From Octopus vulgaris (taxonomy: Eukaryota): a DNA stretch of 64,000 bases. The stretch lies in contig OX597825.1 in the NCBI GenBank assembly GCA_951406725.2, positions 17,794,001 to 17,858,000 on the forward strand. The letters are read 5' to 3'. Below are positions 47,328-61,240 of this stretch, piece after piece (position 1 is the stretch's first letter; each line of letters opens with the position of its first letter). The notes below the pieces were generated by a model. It saw only the letters and a program-made list of their open reading frames with translations. It had not been told where the DNA came from and did not search any database. The position numbers and the translations under genes were made by a program.

Positions 47328-49026
47328 CTATCTATCTATATATATATATATATATTTATCTTTATATGTGTGTGTGTGTATATACATATATATATATATG
47401 TATAGTAATGTGCGTGTGAGCGTGCGTGTGTATGTGTATGTGTGTATATATTCGTCTGTTCAATTCATTCCAGTACATGTTTTTAGGACAAAGGACGAAT
47501 TGGAACAAGGTGAGATCTATTAACAACATGAATTTTGAAAACGAGAAAGTCGACGCTTCGTTACTTCGACATGACTCCATTAACCGCTAAATTTATTAAT
47601 TGACTATTTATATTAATGTCTCACCTCAATACTGATTCACGTATGCAATCGTTACAACCTGAAATATCAATATATGTGATATAACCCGTTACATCAGTGG
47701 TTGTGGTAACTAGTAATAATCATTTCAATGAAAACAGGGGAAATGAATGCTTACTATAGCTTATGAGACTTCAACCTTTTCTAATGTTAAGTAAACCATT
47801 TGAACTTTTTCGTCAATTATCCAACGTAATTCCTTATTATGAGGAGTAATTTTCTATTAAAGTATTAATGAAGAGATGTGGTTAATTTTATTCATTGGAT
47901 TAGAGAGAGAATAATACAATTAAACGCTACATGGTTCCTTAAGTGATGATACTTTAACTTGGTTAATTATGTCATGCTTTCAGTTTTATATATGTGAATA
48001 TGGTTATAAAGACATACACGTTCCCGCAATATCACACACGCACTTGTATAATTAAATACACCTAACACTCGTAAAAGTAAACACACTCAACCACTCATAT
48101 ATGAAGACAGAGTGGTAGAGATATATACGAAAATTTGAGTTATATAACTGACATTTCAAGCATTATAGATCCTTCGCCATGCATGTGAGATTCCATGTGA
48201 GATTCTAAGAAATCTAACAGAAACGGGTGATTCAGTAATCAACTAAATGAGAAAAAGTTACACACAAATACAGGCACAGATATGCACAAACTCACACACG
48301 CTAGCTCACGCACACACAACGATAGCAAGCAGATGACCATCACGCTCAATAACATATTTGTAGACACAACCAAATAAAAGACACGTGCTTTGACAACCGC
48401 ACTAAACACTCATTAACATATTTTTAGCAACACCTGTTAACAATACTTACAAGTGATGTAATGGCACTGCTAACACAGTAGTTCAGAGTATTGACTTATA
48501 AAAAGGTTTAATAGAGTTCTTAGTTTATTACGTTTGTATAACGAAATACGGTACCCCAACAAGCCATTAATAGTTTTAATAGGATCTCATGGGAAGGCAT
48601 GCTTCTATGGTTAACAGGCTCTTATTTTTATCCTTATTCCTCAATATTTTTTTAAATGTTCTTGTCATTTTTATTTCCGGTTACTTTCATTCCTTAATCC
48701 TTTGAAATATTTGATTAAAATCTCTCCTATAAATTCGATATTTTCCTTGCATTCAACGATTTATCGCAATGTATATTCCGTCTGTGCTTTCGGACTGCTT
48801 CACAATAGTATTGTATTTTAATTTGTCTTACACACACGCACAAGCGCGCGCGCACACAGATACACACAAACACAAACGCGTACACGTGCATAAAAACACA
48901 TACCTACGAACATACACACAGATAAATATCTATGTATAATTATATACTTCCGTATCATATATCTATATATACTACATATATATAATTATACATAAATGTT
49001 TACGTTTAGGTATATATGTATATATA

Positions 49027-49468
49027 ACAGTGCAGCTCTGCCTGCAATGTTATATGGTAGTGAAACATAGGCTACCACAAAGAGAGAAGAGCAAAGATTG
49101 GTAACGGCTCAAAGAGCCATGGAAATGTCAACGCTTGATATCACGCTGAGAGAGCACATAAGTAGCGAGATCATCAGAAAGAAGTCCGGCGTGAGAGATG
49201 TCATCGCAGAGTATACACGCAGCAAGTATAGATGGGCTGGACACGTCACCCGGCTCACCGATAATCGGTGGATGCACGCAGTTGTCGAGTGGTACCCGTG
49301 CGAGCGGAAAAGACCACCCGGAAGACCTCCACGACGGTGGAATTACGATTTCAGGAGGACGATTGGGATCACGTGGATGAGAAAGGCGCGATCCAGAGAG
49401 GAGTGGACAGCGTGCTGTGACCAGGGGTCTCAAATGGACGCCTGACGGACTGGTCGGTCAAGGTGAAG

Positions 49469-49472
<4 letters not shown>
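49027..49472 (+). mobile_element. RTE-clade LINE 3' end
   Basis: LPAMLYGSET*...AQRAME...KYRWAGHVTRLTDNRW...EWYPCERKRPPGRPPRRW...REEW; ends in a short repeat (aaggtgaaggtga) before (TA)n. Confidence 0.88.
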
Positions 49473-49517
<45 letters not shown>

Positions 49518-49564
49518 TTACAAATACATGCACGCACACAAAAGCACACTGACACAGACACACA

Positions 49565-49623
<59 letters not shown>

Positions 49624-50765
49624 CATACAAACATGCATGTAAATATGTGTATGCAAAAACCTTGTGAAATGTATATAAATATTTGATATGTTAAGTAGCA
49701 GAACTCAATGTATTAGCAGCAGTAAACGTGTTAAGCTAGCTGATATCGATATAATATTTATGTATTTTGTTTGTCTGAGTTGATTGTAGTTAGAATGATT
49801 ACATTTAAATATGCAACTGAAGCATTTCAACCAATCGACTGAGTAGAGATGATACAATACGTTCCTGCTGTTGTTTTATATGCCGTCGTTATTGTTTTGT
49901 TTCTGTTGATATGCTTATTTTGCTTCTTTTTGTTTTGTCTTTGCCTTGGTTCTAGCATTTGGTATTGTATTCATGTATTTTTTTTTTTTTGCACTTAACT
50001 TTTAACTTAACGTTTTTCGCTGATCAAGCAGAATTCCGAAGAAAATTACTAAAACCGTTTAGTATAGCTTTCTTGTTCTCTAGAATATTGTACCTTCGAC
50101 TGAACAAATAATATGTTCCTTTTAAGACGTTTTGTTGCACCATATGGAAATTCGGGTGTTGTTTCTAGCTGGGATAAAGCACAAGTACAAACCCACTTAA
50201 CGGAAATACAACCAAATATTTGAGAGTGACTTTTTGCACTGCAATGAGTTTTAACTTAGGGAAAGTTAGCTAATTCATATAAAACATTTATTTGTAATAC
50301 AACCCGATGTGTTTATTTTTTCTTTAATTGAACAAAAATACACATGGCCAAAAATACGTATTATTTGAGCAGTTTAAAACTTTTAACATATTTTTAGCAG
50401 TTGTTTTGTAAAATATATATTTGTTGATTTTGTAAAGGCGGGCACACATTACAGACTTCAACATGTGTTGTAGTTTTTGCTCATCAATATAATTTCTACG
50501 TGGAAATTCCTCTAATACATCATAATAAATGTTAGGTAATTTTGGGATAAGACAAATTACAGAAGAAATATAATTTTCTCCGTGATGTAAAGTGCCAAGT
50601 ATTGAAAATGTAAAGATTTCTTGCAGTTCCTCACTGTTATGTTTCACAATCAAATTGAATTTAATTTAAGTCTTTAGTAACCTTCTATTATATTCTTTTT
50701 GTTTTACTTGGGAAATGGTGTATCTGCGGTTTGTCTCAAATGATATATGATATATGTGTGTGTAA

Positions 50766-50814
<49 letters not shown>

Positions 50815-50912
50815 TATATATGTATGTGTATATATAGATATATATCTATATATATATATATATATATACACATATATACACACATATATATTTAGATGTA
50901 TCAATGTATATA

Positions 50913-50962
<50 letters not shown>

Positions 50963-51444
50963 ATATCTATCTATCTCTCTCTCTCTATATATATATGCAT
51001 ATGTACGTATGTATACTTGATTATTTCCCCTTAGCACAGATTATATATTGTATTATATCAACTTTAACTACTGAATACATAACGCTAATGACTTGTCAAC
51101 TAAACCGAAGAGGTCTTTTACACGGAATAAATTAAATAAATCGATTCCAATATGTAAATGCAGAATCAAACGTACTAATGGTCAGACAGCTGCAAAAGAA
51201 TATTAATATTAGATTAAAAGATTTGCTGTAGTAATGACATAAATATATTTCCCCATTATACAAATATTTCTTTGAAAGAATCAACATGTTGCATAAATCA
51301 TGTAAGTTTTGAATTGATAAAATTTCGTAGATCGTTTTACAAAATGATAACATTGAAAACTAGTCGGATGTGTAAATTTACTTATTTAAGAACCTCCAAT
51401 TCGTTCTCTCAAGCACGAAATCAGAGACCAGATGATGAAGAGAA

Positions 51445-51850
51445 GGCGCAGGTGTGGCTGTGTGGTAAGTAGCTTGCTTTCAAACCACATGGCTCTGGGT
51501 TCAGTCCCACTGCGTGGCACCTTGGGCAAGTGTCTTCTCTTATAGCCTCGGGCCGACCAAAGCCTTGTGAGTGGATTTGGTAGACGGAAAGTGAAAGAAG
51601 CCCGCCGTATATATGTATATATATGCGTGTGTGTGTTTGTGTGTCTGTGTTTGTCTCCCTAGCTTTGCTTGACAACCGATGCTGGTGTGTTTATGTCCCC
51701 GTCACTTAGCGGTTCGGCAAAAGAGACCGATAAAATAAGTTCTGGGCTTACAACGAATAAGTCTCGGGGTCGGGTTGCTCGATTAAAGGCGGTGCTCCAG
51801 CATGGCCGCAGTCAAATGACTGAAACAAGTAAAATACTAAAGAGTAAAAG
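51445..51850 (+). mobile_element. SINE family B, near full length
   Basis: Colinear with 1697-2146; lies about 150 nt from the donor of the 51996 exon. Confidence 0.88.
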
Positions 51851-51995
51851 AGAGAGTAAGAGAGAATATTACGAAAAATTATAGTTTTCGTTTCTTTTCT
51901 TATTTCATTTTGTCGGCAAAGTGGCACAAATATGACAAGTATTACGTCACCCTTTCGAAAACAAACATATATATATATAAAATACTATCACTCAC

Positions 51996-52200
51996 CTTGG
52001 ACAATTAGGTTTATCCGTTTGACTTTAACGGGAGAGGTATTGATGTGGCAAGAGTATATTCCTCCATCAGATGGTTCTACTTCACGGATGTGCAAGTTCC
52101 AAGATGTTGTTGTTGGTCTTTCGACACTGATTCGACTGTCATCAGTGATTCTCCGATCTTGAAGTGTAACTGTAATGGCTTTTGGATTTGCCCATACAAT
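51996..52200 (-). CDS. Exon of lachesin/IgLON/DIP-like Ig cell-adhesion gene (C-terminal part of a V-like Ig domain)
   Basis: Acceptor ttgtaattgcag|ATT and donor CAAG|gtgagt; 205 nt, phase 0 to 1. Encodes IVWANPKAITVTLQDRRITDDSRISVERPTTTSWNLHIREVEPSDGGIYSCHINTSPVKVKRINLIVQ with Ig motifs W, WNLHI and DxGxYxC. Confidence 0.93.
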
Positions 52201-52266
52201 CTGCAATTACAAAAAAAATTCCGGTTCAAACTCAAATACAGATATACATATTTATATATATATATG

Positions 52267-52320
<54 letters not shown>

Positions 52321-52367
52321 TACATAAATATATATATATAGATACACATTCATTTACACATTACATG

Positions 52368-52399
<32 letters not shown>

Positions 52400-52549
52400 C
52401 ACATTTACACACAGACATGTATATATATTTATATATACACTAAGACAGAGAAAGTGCGAAAGTGCGAAAGAGAAAGTGAGAGAGTAAGGTTTGGAGATTG
52501 AGAACAAAACGAAAGAGAGCGGGGGATTATGTATTTGTTTGTTTTTGTT

Positions 52550-52765
52550 TTTTGTTTTTCCAGTTTCAGCTCTTGAGCCGTGGCCATGCTGGGGCACCGC
52601 CATTGTGGTGAAAGAGTACAGCAGGGATCACCACCCCCTGCCGGAGCCTCGTAGAGCTTTTAGGTGTTTTCGCTCAATAAACACACACAACACCGGTCTG
52701 AGAATCGAAACCGCGATCCTGCGACCGCGAGTCCGCTGCCCTAACCACTAGGCCATTGCGCCTCT
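52550..52765 (-). mobile_element. SINE family A
   Basis: Minus strand aggcgcaatggcctagtggttagggcagcggactcgcggtcgcaggatcgcggtttcgattctcagaccgg matches the head of 1111-1409. Confidence 0.82.
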
Positions 52766-53549
52766 ACATGTATGTAAATAAATTTATAGAAATAGACTAA
52801 CTGCGTATTCTCACAATGCATTCTCTTTAAAATCTTATATTACGATACATCTACTCTTACATGGTGCAATCCGATCACAATTGTTTTAATTAGCTCATCA
52901 GTATATAAACTGATTATCCTATAATCAGTATATAGATTGATTATCTAATTAGCTTAGCTGTGATCATACTGGCTTAAGATTGGAAACACTACATATTCAG
53001 TAAAATACTCGCGTAATGAAGAAACCGAAATGCTCGAGTTCCTGACGCATGGACTACTTCCTTTTGAATCGGTGAGCGTTGCTCTTCCAAGTACAGATGC
53101 ATGAATATAACGTTGTCGGAATAGACTCCGCTGTTACGCTGCTTAATTTCTGCCAGTAATCCTGTCTCATATTTACGCATCTTCTGATGCACTTAAGATC
53201 TGTTCAAACTTTACTTTAGACTCACACACGCATGTGACCTGAACACGATCATGCGTACTCATCATATTCACAAATTCATACGTGCATAAAGAAATAAAAG
53301 GAGACACACGCAAAGGGAGAGATATTTTGGAAGTCCCTTAAGCTACTGTGTTGTATATAGATGTAGAAAGTTTAACAGTATCACAGATACCATTCACATT
53401 GTTTTTCTTTAATGGGACATTTGATGCCATCAGCCATAGTATATTACTGATATTTTGAATGCTATGTTGGTTTGTATGTGATGACCTGTATGTAGTAAAG
53501 GAAATACTTGTTCATCCGTGTGAAAACTTCCTTAATCAAATTGTTTAAA

Positions 53550-53865
53550 CTAGCACTCCGTCGGTAACGACGAGGAGTGTTCGAGTTGATCCGTTCAACA
53601 GAATAGCCAGTTCATGAAATTAACGTGTATGTGACTGAGCACTCCACAGTCACGCCTACTCTTAACGAAGGATATTAAGCGTGACACAGAACGTGACAGG
53701 GTTGGCTCTTTGAAATACAGCTGCAACTAATTTTTGTAATCTGAGTGGACTGGAGCAATGTGAAATAATTCATCTTACTCAAGGACACACCGTGCCACCA
53801 GTAATCGAACTCACGACCTCACAATCATCGGCCGCATTCTTGTAAGCACTAAGCCACGCGCCTTT
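53550..53865 (-). mobile_element. tRNA-derived SINE, diverged
   Basis: Minus-strand head ggcgcgtggcttagtg...gtgagttcgattac then gtgtccttgagtaag. Confidence 0.7.
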
Positions 53866-55663
53866 GCTAGTGTGATTGTTTAATTTGCTGTTATTTTCAT
53901 TTCTCACCTGGTAATTGGTTATTGGCCGATTTAAATATGATAAATTAACAAATTAATATTATTTACAGTACATGTAATTCAACAGATTCTGATGAGATTA
54001 GATGCTGTAAAAATGCGTAAGACAAGGACGGATTCTAACTTCATGCATTTTCATTTATAAGTTGCAATATCTGAATTAACTTACTTCAATTTGCAATAGA
54101 ACAGAAATGAAGTCTGTTATGTGTAAATGCCTTCCCTACTATACAAAAATATACCAAAAGATTCCACGAGGGGTTTTATCACCAGGAAGAGGAATATTCC
54201 AGAGTAAATAAATTATTTTGAAGATGCACGAGTGTGTGTAATAAGATCAGTGAAAGGTGTTTAGGTGATATATTGAATGTTATCCTCGGTAAATCTGGTC
54301 TGTCTTAGGAAAAGGTCGAGGCGTTATTTGCTTACAAACGATTGAAAGATTGATGCAGTTCACCGATCGATATATCTATCAACTGATACATCGGTATTAT
54401 ATACTATTCATTATATACATCAATGTCTGATAATGTTCAGAAATAGTACCGTAGCATATCGTTTAACTAGCCGTGATTTATGTTACAAAAACAACTTTGA
54501 TGCTTTTAGTTATATTAAAGAAAGCAATTCAACTGATAAGTTGTATCAGACGCAGGACTAGAACGGACGTTGGGGAAGAAAAAAAAAAAGAAACTAACAA
54601 CGTAGAAGCAAGAGAAATAGCTTTCTAGTTCGTTAAAAATGTAGACATTCCATTCAGTATTCTCGTATATTTGTTTGCTTTTTTCTCAGATATTTTATCA
54701 ATATCACTTTTAATCATTTATGTTATTTCATTAAGAAATTATATACTAGTCTTTCTTTCCATCTCGGCACCCTAACGTTACAGCTTATAGTGAAAGTCGG
54801 GTGCTTTGCGATGTCAATCAATCTACTGCATATTTTCTTTACTCGTGCTGGTATCTCAAGCCAGCACATACATTTTTTTTTTCTACAAGAACCATTCTGT
54901 GTCACCCACTTTATGTTAAATGTTATTTGATAGACAAACCGTGTTATATGCAAGACGTTAAATGAAATTGCAACTTGCGAAAAGGATTTGAGTTATTTTT
55001 AATTTCTTATATTGACAACTATAATTTTTTTCTCCGAATTTATATCTATTTCTTTTTATCTATTTGCAATATTCAGAATACGTATTATTTAAAGCTGAAG
55101 AACGAAGAAAAAACAAACAACAGAAAGAAGAACATAACTGTCATGATATAAGAAAGAGGATAAATATATACATTTTTAAGAATAAAAAGAAAATATTTCC
55201 AGAGAAATATTTTAACATGACTTCAAAGCTAGATCTTTTGAAGTTTGTGCCTTTGGTTTTTCAATAGTTTGATGATATATTCGCTTTTATGATGTGGCTT
55301 CTATGGTCGTCAACAGTAATTGAATGCGTGCTGTTTCGTGCTAGGAATAATTACTTAGCACCATTTTATCCATAAACGGAAAAGTTTCAAGACTTGAGTT
55401 ACTTTTTTAGGAAGAGGCACGAAACAAATCTCTAAAATATAGATAAGTAAATAATGTACGATGAGCAACAAACTGTCGGGGTTCGAAAAGCACTGATGGA
55501 AGAGATGACTACTATACAGAAAACGGGTACGGAAAATGATAGGAACTAAAAATATATGGCGTTGCTTAGTACGTTAGAGATCTTTATTTCTTGGTTTTGT
55601 TTTTACTTTCCCTCGGTGTTATTTCAGTTACAGAAATAGTTTTATTTACTAACAAGAAAGAGG

Positions 55664-55797
<134 letters not shown>

Positions 55798-55869
55798 TAG
55801 ATATACATACACACACATGAATGTACATATATATATGTATGTATAAAGAATGTATATGTATATGTGTGC

Positions 55870-55939
<70 letters not shown>

Positions 55940-56398
55940 TATGTACGTATGTATGTATTGAAAACAAAACAAGAAATATAATTTTTGCTCGCTTTGAAAA
56001 CATGATTTTTAGAACAGAAACATCAAAGGATTTACGTGTTTCAGTAATCGCTTCTCTTTCTAGCTTTTCGCATTACAAACGCAAACTTTTTTACACACTA
56101 TCATTTATAACAATTTACTGGTTACTTTTCTACTTTCTGCAGAGAGCAAAGAACACACACGCACACACGTGCACTCACCCACCCACACACACACACACAC
56201 GCACACGCATACGCACACGCACACACGGGCACACACACCTTCACATACGGACAGACATATACACACATACATACATAATACATATATTCATATATACTAG
56301 CCACTTATATTATTATTTATTAAAAATGATATCATCATATTATATATATATATATGTATATATATATACATATATATATACATGTATATATATATATA

Positions 56399-56443
<45 letters not shown>

Positions 56444-56942
56444 GGTGTGTGTGTGCACACGTGTATGTATGTATGCCTTTATGTATATCTGTAATCTCAT
56501 AAAACCAACAAGGGAACGGAATCTAGATTCGGTGAAATATAAAAATATACATTTTATTGTTTGCATTGAACATATTCCTTTTATTTTAACAGAGCGCTCA
56601 TTGATGGTTGTAATATTCATCTCTGCTTTTAAAAGATTTTACATCTAAGTTAATGTCGAATACCTGTAACTATGTGTCGTGCGGAAACTATGGTTCAGAG
56701 AAGTCTTCCCCGTAGGCATTCAGTTAAAACTTACATTATATATATATAGCGAAATGGAAATACGATGAACGAAGTTGTTGGCTTCACACATCAAACGAAA
56801 TAGGTTTACTAGAAACTATCCACCAGGAATATATCATCTTGTCTAGGAAACCCACTAAATGAGAAATTTATAACTTCCTTTTTGTTCTAATTGCACGGGA
56901 ATTAATTATTCATATTTACAGGATGTATGATAAAAGCTTCTG

Positions 56943-57003
<61 letters not shown>

Positions 57004-57171
57004 AAATACTGATAGGGCACAAAAAGTGTGTCTATAGCCAGCTGGAGGAGGTGTCTTCCTGGGGCTACAAACTACAGTAGCATCCACCCTTAGGCGTTAG
57101 CCATATTCAAATGGCAAATATACGTCACGATGTGTTGCCACTACTGTTTATAACTCACTCTGAGATTTATC

Positions 57172-57204
<33 letters not shown>

Positions 57205-57239
57205 GTAAATGTAATATGTGACAATTATTTGGTAGACAT

Positions 57240-57300
57240 GATAAAACTCCGAGTTTCGGATGCTGAGATGGAAATCCACACCACCATCTCTTCAGTTATC
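57240..57300 (-). ncRNA. Candidate minimal type-I hammerhead ribozyme with canonical core
   Basis: Minus strand reads GAUAA CUGAAGA GAUGG-UGGUGUGGAUUU-CCAUC-UCAGCAUCC GAA ACUCGGAGU U UUAUC: stem I GAUAA/UUAUC, CUGANGA, a stem-II hairpin, GAAA, near-palindromic helix III and a UH site. Confidence 0.6.
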
Positions 57301-57759
57301 CGGCCATTTGGAAAGATGCTATAAAAAATGACCGTTTTACAAAGGGAAATTACTGTGTGATTGACGGTTATTAAGACAAAAGAGATATTTGCATGACCGC
57401 AAAATAAGGGGAGGGAATCTTTCGTCAATCTAGTGAATGTTTATTAGTTGTTTATTATAGTTTGTTTATTATAGACGCATTTTGCTTAAATAACTGTCGT
57501 ATATTGTTGAGAAAATAATATACAAATAAATTATTTGCATAGATATTGCGCGCTAGCATTTTTTTCAATTAATCATATTTATAAATATATGTATAACATA
57601 TGGAGAGAGTAAATAATTATTATATATAATAGCATTTATTCCTTGGTGAGCTTATTAGCAATCGTATCACTATATAAACAATTGCAGCGTGAAATGTGTT
57701 TGTAAGCCATTTGAGAAACCCACAAAAGCCGTTCGATTCACTTCAACATTTAAGTTTAA

Positions 57760-57810
57760 TTTGTCAGAATATTTTCGTCGCTTTAAGACCGCGACCTGTT
57801 CACTGACAAA
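57760..57810 (-). ncRNA. Candidate minimal hammerhead ribozyme with G3:C8-swapped core
   Basis: UUUGUCA GUGAACA G GUCGC ggucuuaaa GCGAC GAA AAUAUU C UGACAAA: 7-bp stem I, 5-bp stem II, GAAA, palindromic AAUAUU helix III, UC site. Confidence 0.6.
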
Positions 57811-57845
57811 AATCTGTGCTGCATCCCTGAGATACAGCACGAATT

Positions 57846-57895
57846 TTTGTCAGTGTACAGGTCGCGGATTTTAGCGACGAAAATATTTTGACAAA
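57846..57895 (+). ncRNA. Mirror copy of the G3:C8 hammerhead-like motif (core A6 changed to U)
   Basis: TTTGTCA GTGTACA G GTCGC ggatttta GCGAC GAA AATATT T TGACAAA. Confidence 0.45.
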
Positions 57896-60824
57896 TTAAA
57901 CTTATATGTTGAAGTGAATCGAACGGCTTTTGTGTGTTTCTCAAATGGCTTATAAACACCTTCCACGCTGCAATTGTTTTCGATTCAGCACACGATCTCA
58001 GATCAAATCACTTGCTATGCGAGTACATCTCCTATCACTATATAATTAACAATTTAATATGATTTTATCTAAGAAAATAGAAAGCGAGCATAGGCTTGGT
58101 TACAATTTCCGGTACAAAATTAATATGAATGGCAAAGGAAATCGTCATTTAAGAGTCTTTCAGTTACTGTTGACAGTCATTTAATTAGTTTTGTGATCTA
58201 AGGAGTCCATGTGTAGGGAAGCAATTTGGATGCGTTTGGATAAAATAAAATGCAGCGTGGAAATGCCCCTTATTGAGGTGAGGTCTTGAAGCAGCTCGTT
58301 TGAATAAAGCTTTATCGTCATATAAATTTTTCTCATTACAGAGTAGAAATTACATCAAATATTCCTTCATTTGACGACAATTTGCATTTGGTACATTGTA
58401 ATGTTGTGTGGTCATTTATTTTAAAAGAGTATATGCTGTTTTAGTAACATCGCAATTAAAATACAAAATATATCCACTGTAGCATATTGAATGGAATTTC
58501 TTCAGTATCATTCACGTCATATGGGAAGGGATTTACTTCGTGCATAATTGCGACAGAAAAAAACTCTGTAGTAGTATGTTTAATACCTTTGTACAAAACG
58601 TTAATGCTTAATAATTCATTAATTTTGAGAAATTGTAGTGTGTTTGGTTCACTTTTGGAGAAAGTCATTTGAAGGATAACGTCATGTTGAGAAGCGAGCC
58701 AAAGGGAACAGCGACAGTCTTTTGAAATTCTTTGGTAATTTTTTCGGATGAGATATGCTAAGTTTTCAGTTCCTTGTGATTGGTAGCTGCAGTGTATCCC
58801 TCCATAATGGTGTAGGATGAATTTGGTTTTGCATGTGCGCCTTCTCAAAGGAAGTGGCGTCATGTAAAGTTGTAAAGTTAATCAAACGATATATTTTTGA
58901 AGTAGATCTGTCGATTTTAATCTCATAACTGTTATAAGAATTACACATGATTTCACAAAACCACAGATGAAAAAATATACACGGAAAATGTGCATTACAC
59001 ACTCACAAACACACTCACATACTTAGCACATCTTGCACAGGTATATATATATATGTATATATGTATATATATATGTATATGTGTGTATGTATGTATGTGT
59101 GTGTGTGTTTGTATGTATCTGCGTTTGTGCTTATATAGGTATGTGTGTATATATAAATATCTTGTCTGACAGATAAAGCAATGACAGTGATTTCATGTCT
59201 AATGTCATAAGAAATTATGACTAGCTTTGCTATAGCTTTCACAGTGGTATCCAACAATATTAAACAGACACAGACATTCATAGACACCCTCAGACACGTA
59301 TATATATATGAGCTCACAGACATACACGCACACTCTAATACGCACATACACATTTGCAATCACTTAATGTATTAAAGTAAACAAGCTATCAACACTCATT
59401 TATCAAAGACATTTATTCTGTCGAGAAATGTATTGGAATAACATATTCAGAATTAAAAACATGATGGAAGGATTGGAAACTTTTGACCCCCAGCCAAGGC
59501 AAAGTTCAATCTGGCCGAAATTATGTTCGATCACAATATACTTTGTGAAAACCTTTTTAAAATTGCTTCAAGACAACTGCATTAAAATGGCTTCCACTCT
59601 GATGGGGAATAAGTAGCACAAATAAATGTTTATGCTCTCCAACGTCAACCAAATACCAAAGATAAAATAACAAGTGTATATAGAGTAAGCGACAGAATAG
59701 ATACAATTAAATTATTTTTTCTGTCCAGATTTTATGTTTTCCAAAGCGCCAAACGTTCGACGTCCTAAAGATATTGATTAGCTAAAAGGATTTTGTTTCA
59801 CGTATTAATTTCCACAGTATATTTGAAGCGTAATACGGTGTTATCGTTTTCCTTGGGGAACGCTCTTAAGACAATATATATTTATATAATTACATGTTGA
59901 GAAGTGTATGTTTCCTGTGCCAGAAAGTAACAACTATGTTCAAAGTGTGTATATCAGTGTGTTCGTGTGTGTATGTGCATATGTTTGCGTATTTCTTTGT
60001 ATATTTGTGTGTTTTTGTGTAGGACTACTAAGTAATATTGTTCGTTCGCAATATATATATTCACACCTGAGTGTATGTTTCTCTTTATATTTTTACATTA
60101 ACGGAATGTCTATTGCGAGCAAAAATGTTTATTGCTACGGTAACATTATATAATATACAGTTTATTTTATAGATGTGAACTTTTATACTTTTCTGTTATA
60201 ACGCAACAAGTTTTTTTTTTTTTTTTTTTTTTTACTGAAGGAATATGAAAATTAGGGTTTCGAATAATAGTTAAAAGTGAATAACTATTGTTTGTAAAGT
60301 ATATGCGTGGTATTTATATTTTTCATACAAGGAAATACCAGCATTCCCAAAAGCTCTATAATCGATTCGGTTGGTTATGATGGTTTAAGCCAGTAAATGT
60401 AATCATTCAGTTACACATAGAAGACAGAAGCTGTATCACTATTAAGGAGGAATAAACATGAAAAATAAATGCTGAACGGGCGTAATGGAGATTCATCTTC
60501 CTTCTACAAACACAGCCATGGTACTTCTCATCGAGAGATTAGAAATAATAATATGTAAACGTTGCTTGCACTGCCAAAATCAATTTTGTCTCACAGTTTA
60601 CTTACATAACTAAAAACGTTAATAATCTTTGATTTTGTGTCTATTTTGATGTCTATTATAGCCATGTTACGCTCATGGTTATCTAGGTTATTAACGGAGG
60701 AAAACAAGTATAACAACACCTATACTGGGTCTGACCGAAGAATGAAGAGAATATGTTTGCGTTTAGAACACAGTGAGAGAGAATTGGAGAGAGATAGAAA
60801 AAAAGAAAGAGAAATGTTGTTATA

Positions 60825-61240
60825 TATTTCTTTATTGCCCAGAAGGGGCTAAACATAGAGGAGACAAACAAGGACAGACAGAGAGATAAAGTCGATTACA
60901 TCGACCCCTGTGCGTAACTGGTACTTTATTTATCGACCCCGAAAGGATGATAGGCAAAGTCGACCTCGGCGGAATTTGAACACAGAACGTAACGAGAGAC
61001 GAAATACCTATTTCTTTACTATCCACAAGGGGCTAAACGCAGAGAGGACAAACAAGGATAGACAAAGGGATTAATCGATTACATCGACCCCAGTGCGTAA
61101 CTGGTACTTAACTTATCGACCCCGAAAGGATGAAAGGCAAAGTCGACCTCGGCGGAATTTGAACTCAGAAAGTAATGGCAGACGAAATACCGCTAAGCAT
61201 TTCGCCCGACGCGCTAACGTTTCTGCCAGCTCGCCGCCTT
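60825..61240 (-). mobile_element. SINE family C with internally repeated unit (partial third copy at 61975-62165)
   Basis: gattacatcgacccc...gtcgacctcggcggaatttgaac occurs twice in tandem; head aaggcggcgagctggcagaaacgttagc near 61240. Confidence 0.85.

Larger units (their letters stand above)
57676..57979. mobile_element. Fold-back element with ~145 bp inverted arms, each arm carrying a hammerhead-like motif (probable Penelope-like/retrozyme derivative)
   Basis: aaacaattgcagcg...gtgctg is mirrored by cagcac...cgctgcaattgttt around a short loop; related single arm at 38848-39043. Confidence 0.85.
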
